A DNA stretch of 30,317 nucleotides from a virus. Lineage: Duplodnaviria > Caudoviricetes. The notes beneath the pieces are model-generated. The model ran no database searches and had not been told where the DNA came from. It saw only the letters and a list, made by a program, of their open reading frames with translations. Location: positions 1-30,317 of the IMG/VR virus record IMGVR_UViG_3300044228_000999. One strand, written 5' to 3'. The position numbers and the translations under genes are program-made. This document shows positions 1 through 8,462 of this stretch, piece by piece; position 1 is the stretch's first letter, and every line of letters begins with the position of its first letter.

Positions 1-196
1 AGTAGTTGAAGTAACTCCATCTAACTTGTTTAATTCTGATGTGCTTGCAGTTAATCCATCTGTTTTATTTAGTTCTGTAGCAGTTGCTGTTACACCATCT
101 AAAATGTTTAACTCAGCTGCTGTTGAAGTAACTCCATCTAGAATATTTAACTCTGCTGTTGTTACTGTTGCTCCATCAAGAATATTTAGTTCTGCT
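1..196 (-). repeat. About five imperfect 39-bp coding tandem repeats
   Basis: Units encode AELNILDGATVTT, AELNILDGVTSTA, AELNILDGVTATA, TELNKTDGLTAST, SELNKLDGVTSTT. Confidence 0.85.
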
Positions 197-396
197 GATG
201 ATGCACTTGTGTACGAACCTACTATCAAAGCATTAAGTTCTGTAGTAGATACTGTACTATTGTCACTACCTAATTTACCAATGTATAATTTATTATTACC
301 ATTAGACCATGCTAACTCACCATATCCTAATGTTAAACTAGATACATCTGTGGCATTATAGGTAGATGTTCTTTTAATCTGTATTTTATTTGCCAT
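1..396 (-). CDS. Tail fibre protein, N-terminal part (runs off window start)
   Basis: Not in the ORF track; read manually from ATG 396: MANKIQIKRTST...LGYGELAWSNGNNKLYIG (IQIKR...GEL...KLYIG fibre N-terminal motif), then 13-aa repeats AELNILDGVTSTA; no stop before base 1. Confidence 0.8.
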   Translation of the reverse strand, partial: MANKIQIKRTSTYNATDVSSLTLGYGELAWSNGNNKLYIGKLGSDNSTVSTTELNALIVGSYTSASSAELNILDGATVTTAELNILDGVTSTAAELNILDGVTATATELNKTDGLTASTSELNKLDGVTSTT

Positions 397-647
397 TAGA
401 ATATCCCTCCATTTATATCCTCATTTTGCAGAAGTACGTCTGCATCTTTTACACTAATTGTTGTTTGTCCTCCAGATTCAGCTGTAACAATACCAGTTCC
501 TGCTACTATATCTGAACTAAAGTTATCTGCTTCTGTAATGACTACATCTGTAGTACCATTATCAATCTTTAATTTATTGTTATCATAAAACACTAATTTT
601 TTATAAGCATCTTTAATTTTATTTGGTCCTGTTAAACTTCCGCCCAT
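396..647 (-). CDS. Hypothetical virion/tail-associated protein
   Basis: 83 aa, TAATG-coupled to both neighbours, C-terminal DINGGIF resembles the D-x-G-x-F ends of fibre-associated proteins. Confidence 0.6.
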   Translation of the reverse strand: MGGSLTGPNKIKDAYKKLVFYDNNKLKIDNGTTDVVITEADNFSSDIVAGTGIVTAESGGQTTISVKDADVLLQNEDINGGIF

Positions 648-943
648 TATGTTGTCACTCCTATATCGTCATATGTTGGTTCACTTACATCTGCTACATC
701 ACTATAAGTAGGATTAGCTACTGCACTTACATTACTAAAAGTATATACACTTCTTGTAATATCAGTATAAATACTACTGCTAGGATCACTTATATCACTA
801 AGTGTTACATCAGCTGGTAGTGATAAGTCTGTAAAATTACCATCTGTGTTATCATTAAAATGTTGTTCAAGCTCATCAAACGATCTGTTAATATCGCTTA
901 ATGCAGCTAAACCAAAGTTTCCTTTCTTCCAAGTATTAGCCAT
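647..943 (-). CDS. Hypothetical acidic protein with degenerate ~11-aa repeats
   Basis: 98 aa, recurring (F/L/Y)(S/T)D(I/V) units; lies in a coupled operon. Confidence 0.6.
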   Translation of the reverse strand: MANTWKKGNFGLAALSDINRSFDELEQHFNDNTDGNFTDLSLPADVTLSDISDPSSSIYTDITRSVYTFSNVSAVANPTYSDVADVSEPTYDDIGVTT

Positions 944-1082
944 TTCTACCTTGACCTCTATATTTTTTTACGTAATATTTCTTACTACCTTTAGTTCCAA
1001 ACTTGGTATTAACACTATTACCTTGTCTAGTTTTCTTTTTGCCATTAGTATGTCTGGCTACCTGTGGTCTTAAACCTCTCAT
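936..1082 (-). CDS. Small basic protein (KKYRGQG-type)
   Basis: Manual translation MRGLRPQVARHTNGKKKTRQGNSVNTKFGTKGSKKYYVKKYRGQGRNG; ATGA overlap with upstream gene; fills the operon gap. Confidence 0.7.
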   Translation of the reverse strand: MRGLRPQVARHTNGKKKTRQGNSVNTKFGTKGSKKYYVKKYRGQGRNG

Positions 1083-1330
1083 GCAAATGTTTTTACATTG
1101 GTAGGTTTACCACCAACGCCTTGTTTCTTAGCACGTTTTCTTCTAACTGCAGACTCTATTTGTGTCTTTGTCATACGTGCAGCTTTAGCAGCAGGTACAC
1201 ATTTAGGATACCCACGCTTACTATTGCTTGCAGATTTACGACCACATTTATTATAGCCACCGTTCTTTTTCTTAGAACTAATGTCTACCCAGTCTTCTTT
1301 AAACCATTTCTTTAAACCAGTCTCTGCCAT
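1079..1330 (-). CDS. Small basic protein, DUF5872-like C-terminal part
   Basis: GLKKWFKEDWVD...CGR...YPKCVP motif. Confidence 0.65.
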   Translation of the reverse strand: MAETGLKKWFKEDWVDISSKKKNGGYNKCGRKSASNSKRGYPKCVPAAKAARMTKTQIESAVRRKRAKKQGVGGKPTNVKTFA

Positions 1331-1482
1331 TACTTACCTTTTCTATATCTCCCACCACGTTTCTTGTATGTTCTTACAAGCCATGCATTAGCATAAGCAG
1401 AAGGATATACCTTAAACTTTCTTTTAGCTTCTGACTTTACTCTACTATATAAAGCTTTATCTATAGGATGATTCTTAGCCAT
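1330..1482 (-). CDS. Small basic protein, DUF5872-like N-terminal part
   Basis: Manual translation MAKNHPIDKALYSRVKSEAKRKFKVYPSAYANAWLVRTYKKRGGRYRKGK; TAATG-coupled to next gene. Confidence 0.7.
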   Translation of the reverse strand: MAKNHPIDKALYSRVKSEAKRKFKVYPSAYANAWLVRTYKKRGGRYRKGK

Positions 1483-1483
1483 A

Positions 1484-1762
1484 TTATTTCTTCTTTCTTT
1501 TTTTAGCTGCTAATATTTTTTTCTGTAAAGCAGGTGGTAATGTTTTTTGTTTAGCTGTTAAACCTGCTGGCTTAGCTTTTTTTGGTCCTTTTTTAGAAGG
1601 ACTACGTTTTGGTAATTTTGGTTTCTGAATTTTTTTTGGTCCTTTTTTAGGTTTACCTTTATATAAAAGATTTCTAACTTTAGGCTTTTTCTTACCTACC
1701 ATTTTCTTTTTTTTCTTAGGTCTTCCAACCTTACTTCCATATGTACCTGGTCCTTGTGGCAT
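1484..1762 (-). CDS. Lys/Pro-rich small basic protein
   Basis: MPQGPGTYGSKVGRPKKKK..., strong AGGAGG RBS; no acidic residues. Confidence 0.75.
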   Translation of the reverse strand: MPQGPGTYGSKVGRPKKKKKMVGKKKPKVRNLLYKGKPKKGPKKIQKPKLPKRSPSKKGPKKAKPAGLTAKQKTLPPALQKKILAAKKRKKK

Positions 1763-1771
1763 CTTATCCTC

Positions 1772-2056
1772 CTAGCACTTCCATCTTCTACGTGCTTGTC
1801 TTAGTCTTGAATTTGGATTTCTTGCTGCTTTTGGAAACTTCTTCATTTGTCCTAAAGATCTAGCACAAAATGACTTACGTCTCTTTGCAGCCTTGCTTCC
1901 CTTTTTTACTTTACCAGTAACTGCTGTCTTTAACTTACTACCAGGGTTTAATCTTCTATAAGCTTTTACCCCAGCCTTAGTCATACCAGCACCTTTTTTA
2001 GTTGGTCTAAAATTTTTCTTATTTCTTGCTGGCATCTTTGAACGCTTACGTGGCAT
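1772..2056 (-). CDS. Small basic protein, DUF6321-like
   Basis: GAGMTKAGV...NPGSKLK...RRKSFCARS...SRLRQARRRWKC motif; AGGAG RBS. Confidence 0.7.
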   Translation of the reverse strand: MPRKRSKMPARNKKNFRPTKKGAGMTKAGVKAYRRLNPGSKLKTAVTGKVKKGSKAAKRRKSFCARSLGQMKKFPKAARNPNSRLRQARRRWKC

Positions 2057-2064
2057 TACTACTC

Positions 2065-2475
2065 CTAATAATTAGTTGGTTTTACACTTCTCATACCAGA
2101 TACTCTACCTCTATTAGCAAATGTTTTACCTTCTTTAATACCTTTTTCAAACTTCTGATTAAAGTATGGTGCCATTTGTATCATATCTGGTTTAGTTTCA
2201 TAACCAAGCGATATAGCTTTATCAACTATATATTGATGAAACTGACCTGGTAATTCACTTTGTTCTGTCATTGCAGAGCTACCACTATCTAATGTATTAA
2301 AATGATCTGCTTTCTTATGATAAAACAATGTAATAGTAAATGCTGCATCAACAGATGTAAATCTATTTTTTTCACTTCTTAGTGGATCATATAAAGCAAT
2401 ACCTATTGAATCACGTTCAAACCAATAGACATACTGCTTTGTAGTTCTCGTATATACTCTACTATAATTTGGCAT
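2065..2475 (-). CDS. Putative head-tail adaptor, C-terminal-half-like protein
   Basis: ELPGQFHQYIVDKAISLGYE resembles the P-x-x-(F/Y)H-x-x-(I/L)VD adaptor motif; lies downstream of the capsid gene. Confidence 0.55.
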   Translation of the reverse strand: MPNYSRVYTRTTKQYVYWFERDSIGIALYDPLRSEKNRFTSVDAAFTITLFYHKKADHFNTLDSGSSAMTEQSELPGQFHQYIVDKAISLGYETKPDMIQMAPYFNQKFEKGIKEGKTFANRGRVSGMRSVKPTNY

Positions 2476-2753
2476 TATGTTATATCCCTATATTCTGGTC
2501 TACCTAATAATCTTTTAATTTCTTTTACATTACCATCAGCATCTTGTAAATCTACTGATTTAACTTCTAATATTGAATCTTTCAATCCATAAAATCTTTG
2601 ATCAGCAACTGTATTAAACTGAGTTGCTTCATCTAATATCAAGGTTCTTTGACAGAATTCATCTGATGCTTGATTTAACAAATGAATTATTTCATTAGTA
2701 CCAAGTTCTGGATGATGTTTTTTTACTTGATCAATCATCTGCTGTAATTTCAT
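2475..2753 (-). CDS. Putative head-tail adaptor, N-terminal-half-like protein
   Basis: EIIHLLNQASDEFCQRT...TVADQRFYGL pattern typical of podovirus adaptor N-termini. Confidence 0.55.
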   Translation of the reverse strand: MKLQQMIDQVKKHHPELGTNEIIHLLNQASDEFCQRTLILDEATQFNTVADQRFYGLKDSILEVKSVDLQDADGNVKEIKRLLGRPEYRDIT

Positions 2754-3585
2754 CTGCTTCTCCTGTTTGTTGTACGCCTATATATTGATTTAAAAATGAT
2801 AATAAATCTTGCGTTACCTTAACATACTGACTTTCATACCATGAGTATTGCTGTGTATCAGCTTGTAAATCTACCTGATAGTTTTGTAAATATGTTGAGA
2901 TTTGTTGCATCATTGTTTGTGCTAATTCTGGATCTTCATCAGCTATAAAATCCATAGATATATCAAAATACTTATCATAATCTCTTTTATCAGCATCTGT
3001 ACCAATAGCACCTGCTGCCATATCTGCTGTTAATTCTGTACCAGATGAAACATTAGGTTTACGTATCTGGTTCATAATATATCTTAACAGTTCTCTAGAT
3101 GCATATAATATAACACCTCTTTCTAATTCATCTGGCAAATTGCTAATAGATGTATCTCCTAAAGCAACAGATGTATCTGGAGTAATATGTTTTACTAAAG
3201 CACTTTGTCCATTAGCAGGAGTTGGTATAACATTTAAAGTTCCGCTTTCTATATAATACTTAGGGTCCAACTTACTAGTATAATAAATACTATTAACATC
3301 TGTATAATCACCAGCATCTTCTGGTTTTATTTCAATAGCTTTTCTATTACGTGAACCATCATTTCTAGTAACACTTACAATTTGCAATACTGATGCAGTG
3401 CTCATAGTTGTAGGTGAACTATTTAATGTTGTAGAACTTGTCATTCTATTAGCTATATCTGATATAACCATTAGACTTTTTGTAATAAACTTTACACCTT
3501 CTGCTAAATATAATGCAGCTTCTGATGTATAATCAGGACTATCTATATCACCAACTATTGCTTCTATCTCTGTTTTAAAACTCAT
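2731..3585 (-). CDS. Putative head-tail adaptor/neck protein
   Basis: 284 aa directly after the capsid gene; PKYYIESGTLNVIPTP and LPDELERGVILYA motifs; AGGAG RBS. Confidence 0.6.
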   Translation of the reverse strand: MSFKTEIEAIVGDIDSPDYTSEAALYLAEGVKFITKSLMVISDIANRMTSSTTLNSSPTTMSTASVLQIVSVTRNDGSRNRKAIEIKPEDAGDYTDVNSIYYTSKLDPKYYIESGTLNVIPTPANGQSALVKHITPDTSVALGDTSISNLPDELERGVILYASRELLRYIMNQIRKPNVSSGTELTADMAAGAIGTDADKRDYDKYFDISMDFIADEDPELAQTMMQQISTYLQNYQVDLQADTQQYSWYESQYVKVTQDLLSFLNQYIGVQQTGEADEITADD

Positions 3586-3601
3586 GTTTCTCCTAATTTT
3601 G

Positions 3602-3627
3602 TGGGGGAGTATATTTCAACTCCCCCA
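3602..3627 (-). terminator. GC-rich hairpin after capsid gene (attenuator or mRNA stabiliser; no U-tract)
   Basis: TGGGGGAGT-8nt-ACTCCCCCA, perfect 9-bp stem just after the capsid stop. Confidence 0.6.
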
Positions 3628-3633
3628 TATGTA

Positions 3634-5058
3634 TTAACTAAACTGTAACACAGTGTGTGTTTCAGGAAGTTGAATTTCAAGACCTGCTTCTGTAAGAATC
3701 ATGTCTTTTCTTCCGTCAACATCTCTGTTTTGAACATTAGTAATAATTTGTGTATCTCTTGATACTCCATTACCAACTAATGGTCTATAAGCTACGTTGT
3801 TTAGATCAATCATAATTGCAGTATTTTCATACTGGTTTCTAAATAATGGTTCCATTACTAGGTTTAAATTACCATATAATGTAGATATTCTAGTAACCAA
3901 GTGACCAAATTGTCCCTCGATATTTTGAATATCCATTCCACTACCAACTTGTGAGTTCAATGCCATAGTGTTACCTAGGAATGAAGAACCACCAAGTTTG
4001 TTAAAGTATGACATAACTTTTCTTGAACATAGAACAAGTTTCTCTCCACTGTTTCCAGATTCTGGTGAGAATACATCTTCCATTGCGTCAATAAAAGTGT
4101 CATATGAAGCTGAACTATATGAGAAAGTTTTCACTTTACCAAAACGTTCAGTGTAAGGTACAATACCATGAGTTCTACGTACTGGACCAGTTGCTGTTGA
4201 GTCATCTATTCCAATACCGAATAACATAGCGTGCTCAAGATCCATCTTATGTTCCATAAGTTTTTCTTGATATACTCTCATGTATTCATTGTTTACTCCA
4301 CGATATCTTGTAGCTAAAGCTGTACCAGAGAATAGAGGTACTGAAGTCTTAAAGATTTGACAGTATCCTTCTCTGTTGTAGAACTCATCGCTCCAAGATT
4401 CTGGGTCAGTAGAACCTTCAGCAAAAGCTGAACCAATTACTTGTCCATCTGCGTCTGCATCAAAACGTAATTTAGATGCTGATGCTGGGGAAATAGTTCC
4501 AGCATTAGTTGCTGTAGCTCCATTTGAACCACTTGGTTTGTACATTAAATATAAGAACTGCAAAGTTAATCTTGCAGCTGCTGCATCTGAAGTTAAGTCA
4601 GGTGCTGCTGTAATCTTATAATATGCGATTGCAGGAACATCACTACCGTCACTACCGTCTGCGTCATATTCACACTCAATAGATAGAATTTGACCTTCTA
4701 GTAAGAAGTTAGGTTGTTGATCTGCTACCTCTCTACCAAATTTGTCATAACCACAATCTACATCAAAGGCTGCTCCAGAAGCAAAGTTCCAGTTAGCATC
4801 AGAACCTGAATGTGCTGATGTAACCTTAGCTGCTTGAACTGCAAAGTTACGTCTTTGATATTGATGTCTTTGTTCTAAAAATTTAAATACAGGGTCGTCT
4901 GTAGGTACTTTAGATACGTTTGACAAATAAGTGAAGAAAGGTGATTGTTGAGGAGCTAACTCAGCTACTCTTTCACCAAAGTTGAAGATTCGTCTATCAA
5001 CATTGATGGAAGTACCCTGAATTGCTTCTCCTGGTGTCATGCTATATACATTTGCCAT
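3634..5058 (-). CDS. Major capsid protein (HK97 fold, DUF5309/SU10-like)
   Basis: 474 aa after portal and scaffold; SPFFTYL, YCQIFKT, EHKMDLEHAMLFG and KDMILTEAGLEI...H motifs. Confidence 0.9.
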   Translation of the reverse strand: MANVYSMTPGEAIQGTSINVDRRIFNFGERVAELAPQQSPFFTYLSNVSKVPTDDPVFKFLEQRHQYQRRNFAVQAAKVTSAHSGSDANWNFASGAAFDVDCGYDKFGREVADQQPNFLLEGQILSIECEYDADGSDGSDVPAIAYYKITAAPDLTSDAAAARLTLQFLYLMYKPSGSNGATATNAGTISPASASKLRFDADADGQVIGSAFAEGSTDPESWSDEFYNREGYCQIFKTSVPLFSGTALATRYRGVNNEYMRVYQEKLMEHKMDLEHAMLFGIGIDDSTATGPVRRTHGIVPYTERFGKVKTFSYSSASYDTFIDAMEDVFSPESGNSGEKLVLCSRKVMSYFNKLGGSSFLGNTMALNSQVGSGMDIQNIEGQFGHLVTRISTLYGNLNLVMEPLFRNQYENTAIMIDLNNVAYRPLVGNGVSRDTQIITNVQNRDVDGRKDMILTEAGLEIQLPETHTVLQFS

Positions 5059-5075
5059 CTTAATCTCTCCTTAAA

Positions 5076-5972
5076 TTAATTTCCAAATGGATTCTTTTTC
5101 TTGTATCTACCAATCATAGAATCCATCATTTGATCTTCCACACTCTTTGATGACTGCACATTAGCACCTGGTTGCACACCTATTGGCTTAGGTATACTTA
5201 ACTTCTCTTGTCTTTGATTCATTATATTCTGCTTCATTTGTGCTTCTGGAGTTACTTGCTCAACTTGTTGAGGAGCAGGTGTTTGTCCAGTATTCATTTT
5301 ATGAAGTTTAACTAAATTATCTAAAGACAGAGAGTCTGGTTTACTCATTTGCTGTATAAAATCATTTGCTTGATCAGGCGTATAGCTATATTTAGTTTGT
5401 AAATCAGATATTACTTTCTGATTACGTACAACTTGCTGTTGCTCTTGCAAAGTTTGTTGCATTTTAACTTCACGTTGTTGATCCATTGATTCCATATAAT
5501 TAGCTAAGTTATCCATATACTGTTCCTGTTTTGCCAGATATTTACCTGACGCACTTTCAGAATCAGCCAGTGCTTCAGAATGATCATAATCAGCAGGCTT
5601 ACGAGGTTTAACAGGTCTACTTAATGTAGGTGTCTCCTCTTTCGGCTCTTCTGCAGGTGTAGATGTTTGAGCTTTCATAAGCTCTGTAACTTGTGATTTC
5701 AGTAAATCTACTTCAGCTGCACGTTTATCTGCTTGACTTTGCCAGTATTTATAACTGTCAGTATCATCCTGTGAATTAGATGTTTCTTGAACTTCAGAAG
5801 GTTGACTTTGCTCAGCTATTTCTGGTGCAGAATCAGTTTTTGCAACAAACTGTTCTGTCTCTGGTTGACCAAAAACTTGAGCGAAAATGTCTTCTTGAGA
5901 GGTAGGTTCAGTTGCAGTCTGACTTTCTACCTGTTGCTCATCCACATTATTCATTGTATTTTCTTCTTGCAT
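5076..5972 (-). CDS. Capsid scaffolding protein
   Basis: Acidic, Q/E-rich, coiled-coil-like 298 aa between portal and capsid genes. Confidence 0.7.
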   Translation of the reverse strand: MQEENTMNNVDEQQVESQTATEPTSQEDIFAQVFGQPETEQFVAKTDSAPEIAEQSQPSEVQETSNSQDDTDSYKYWQSQADKRAAEVDLLKSQVTELMKAQTSTPAEEPKEETPTLSRPVKPRKPADYDHSEALADSESASGKYLAKQEQYMDNLANYMESMDQQREVKMQQTLQEQQQVVRNQKVISDLQTKYSYTPDQANDFIQQMSKPDSLSLDNLVKLHKMNTGQTPAPQQVEQVTPEAQMKQNIMNQRQEKLSIPKPIGVQPGANVQSSKSVEDQMMDSMIGRYKKKNPFGN

Positions 5973-5983
5973 TATTTATCTCC

Positions 5984-8329
5984 TTACTCCAACTCTCCAT
6001 CTCCTGCTTCCATCAGTGGAGTAATACTGAAGTCGTCTTCATCCTCCAACTGATTAACTAAGTCAGGTGTAACGGAGTTTATCAGATTTGATTTTGCATC
6101 GTTAAGCCTAGCTTTATATAAGCTGGCTGCCATATCAGCACGATTAGATATTTTATCTAACTCCCCGCTGAATTTTTCAACTTCTAAACGTTTCTTAGCA
6201 TGTACTTCTTCACGTTCAGCAGTTTGTAAGTCTCCTTTGACTTTCTTTAATTCTTGTTGTAATGCTTGTAACTCTGCTGCCATTTGATTCATTTGTCCAG
6301 CTCTCTGCATTACTCCCTCTACATCTACCAATTCTGTTTTCTTTAATACTTCTGTTTGGTCTATGAGTCCCATTTGGAACATTTGCATATATGTATTTAA
6401 TAATGCCATTCTGTTTGTAGGTAATGTAGAACCAGATACAACAACTAAATCATATTTTCCTACACCTATATCATGATATTTTACAACAGCACCGTCTTCC
6501 ATTTGTTTGTAAAAATTAATACGTTCTTCTTTTTCTAAACCGCTAGGTTGTACCAATCTAATTACTTTTTCTTCTGTATATAATTGTTGAATTAATGGTA
6601 TTGCAATCTTAGCACATTGGTTTAGAAAGTTTTCTATATCATCTCTTCTAGATTTAATTCTACGCTGGCCAAACTCATCTACAACTAACGTACCTCTATA
6701 AGTAGATGGTGCACTTCTACCACTACCCTGCATCATTTCAAAAATACCAAAGCCATATTCTAAATCATATTTAGCATCAGCTTCATTCTTATACAGTTCG
6801 TTTGGTAGTGGGACTGGGCCAGCTACAATCGGTGCACCCAGTTCAGCATCAAATTCAATTACACTTGTACCTGCTTTACTCCATTCTTCTTCGATCTGTC
6901 TTAAATCAGCAGAACCTCTTGGAATAAGTAGTTTAACATTAGTACTTGTACTTGCATGTGCTATAATTAATGAACGTATTTTATTAATATATTCCTGTAA
7001 AGGTCTATACAATCTTACATCAGACTCTGGATATGGATTACGATGATGTACGTTCATAAGAGGTATTATAGGATAATCTTCTGTTGGTAACATTCTTTTA
7101 TATAGTAAATGATCTCCTACGGTAACAACCATTTCTATACAAGGTTTTTCTATTACATTAGCAGTAATATCTCCCATACCAACTAATTCTTCTATACTTA
7201 CAGGTATTAAAACAGTTGTACTTCCTGGTATTGCATCTTCGTCTTCTTCACCTTTCACTCTTATTGGAGGGACAGGAACCATATTACCCATTTCATCCAT
7301 CTGAGGTTCTGGTATTCTATAATGAAATACTCCACCTGTCTCTAATAAAACATCAACAAGATTAGATACAGCTTCTTCTTCAAATATAACTACTTCTTCA
7401 CCAGTAATTTTTCTAATCTTTATATATGATTTTTCTGAATATTTTTTATATTCTTTATCTGTAAATAAAAACTCTCTTTGTGAAAACGGTTCATATACAT
7501 TATAGTATGACATCATTGTTCTAGTATATCTTTCTGTATACTTTCTTTTATTATGCATTTGAGTATCATCGTCTCCAAAAAACATTTGGCCTTCTGTTGC
7601 AGCTAAATTAGTAACAGGATAATCATCTTCATTATCTGGCTCTGGATTTGCTTGTTCTATAACATCCATATATTCAGGATATACCAACTCAGCATATTCA
7701 TCTGTCATATACTTACATACTAAAATATGTGCAGCATCTCTAGCATATACATCTTTTGCATTAGGATCTATAAAAACATCTAATGGATTTATCGATTTTA
7801 AACATACCTCACCTTTTCCTAAATCTGCTTGAGGATCTTGGTATACTTGCATTACTCCCATACCACCTACATAATAATCATCTATAATCTTTTTTAATTC
7901 TTCATCTCCTGCTGATGATTGCCATATATATTGAAATAAATCAGAAAATACTTTTGCTGTTTTTACATCACTATCCTCTCTAGCTGTTGCTCTAAACTGA
8001 GGTGAATTGTATGTAAGCAAAGATTTTGCTGTTTCTACGATAGGATGAATACGATTTACTACAATAGGTGCTTGACCACGAGACTCTAATACTTCTTGTT
8101 CTTCGTTAGTCCATTGAGCTCCTGCTCTAAATTCTATTGACTCTTGAAACTTTTGTGCCCAAAGTTCTCTTGAACTCTTATATTCTGTAAATAATTCTCT
8201 TGTTAACTCTACTTCTTCAGGAATAGTATATGCACTAATTCTACCATCATCAAAACCAAAAACAGTTTTATTGTCTGTCTTGTTTTGTTTTCTTGTTGCT
8301 GCTGTCTTTTTTTGTATGTTTCTCGGCAC
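5984..8329 (-). CDS. Portal protein (P22-like)
   Basis: 781 aa after terminase; GAQWT...RGQAPIVVNRIHPIVE N-terminus, C-terminal coiled coil; GTG start with GAGGT RBS. Confidence 0.9.
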   Translation of the reverse strand: MPRNIQKKTAATRKQNKTDNKTVFGFDDGRISAYTIPEEVELTRELFTEYKSSRELWAQKFQESIEFRAGAQWTNEEQEVLESRGQAPIVVNRIHPIVETAKSLLTYNSPQFRATAREDSDVKTAKVFSDLFQYIWQSSAGDEELKKIIDDYYVGGMGVMQVYQDPQADLGKGEVCLKSINPLDVFIDPNAKDVYARDAAHILVCKYMTDEYAELVYPEYMDVIEQANPEPDNEDDYPVTNLAATEGQMFFGDDDTQMHNKRKYTERYTRTMMSYYNVYEPFSQREFLFTDKEYKKYSEKSYIKIRKITGEEVVIFEEEAVSNLVDVLLETGGVFHYRIPEPQMDEMGNMVPVPPIRVKGEEDEDAIPGSTTVLIPVSIEELVGMGDITANVIEKPCIEMVVTVGDHLLYKRMLPTEDYPIIPLMNVHHRNPYPESDVRLYRPLQEYINKIRSLIIAHASTSTNVKLLIPRGSADLRQIEEEWSKAGTSVIEFDAELGAPIVAGPVPLPNELYKNEADAKYDLEYGFGIFEMMQGSGRSAPSTYRGTLVVDEFGQRRIKSRRDDIENFLNQCAKIAIPLIQQLYTEEKVIRLVQPSGLEKEERINFYKQMEDGAVVKYHDIGVGKYDLVVVSGSTLPTNRMALLNTYMQMFQMGLIDQTEVLKKTELVDVEGVMQRAGQMNQMAAELQALQQELKKVKGDLQTAEREEVHAKKRLEVEKFSGELDKISNRADMAASLYKARLNDAKSNLINSVTPDLVNQLEDEDDFSITPLMEAGDGELE

Positions 8330-8414
8330 GTTTAACCTCTATATAGCCCTTCGGTATTTTAACCTGTAGATCAGAAAGAATTTTTTTCATATCCAAGTTG
8401 TATTTACTATCCAT
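8268..8414 (-). CDS. Possible 48-aa ORF overlapping portal start
   Basis: MDSKYNLDMKKILSDLQVKIPKGYIEVKRAEK...; starts just after a promoter-like site; no clear RBS. Confidence 0.3.
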   Translation of the reverse strand: MDSKYNLDMKKILSDLQVKIPKGYIEVKRAEKHTKKDSSNKKTKQDRQ

Positions 8415-8428
8415 TGAGTTTTATCTGT

Positions 8429-8457
8429 AATTTAGTTTTTTTTATAATGCTTGTCAA
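8429..8457 (-). promoter_or_regulatory. Sigma70-type promoter for head genes
   Basis: TTGACA-17bp-TAAATT on minus strand between terminase and portal. Confidence 0.65.
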
Positions 8458-8462
8458 GTAAT

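Noticed and set aside
1-196. CRISPR array
   Set aside because: Repeats are contiguous, in frame and have no unique spacers
26-361. 111-aa plus-strand repetitive ORF
   Set aside because: Antisense shadow of the minus-strand tail-fibre repeats
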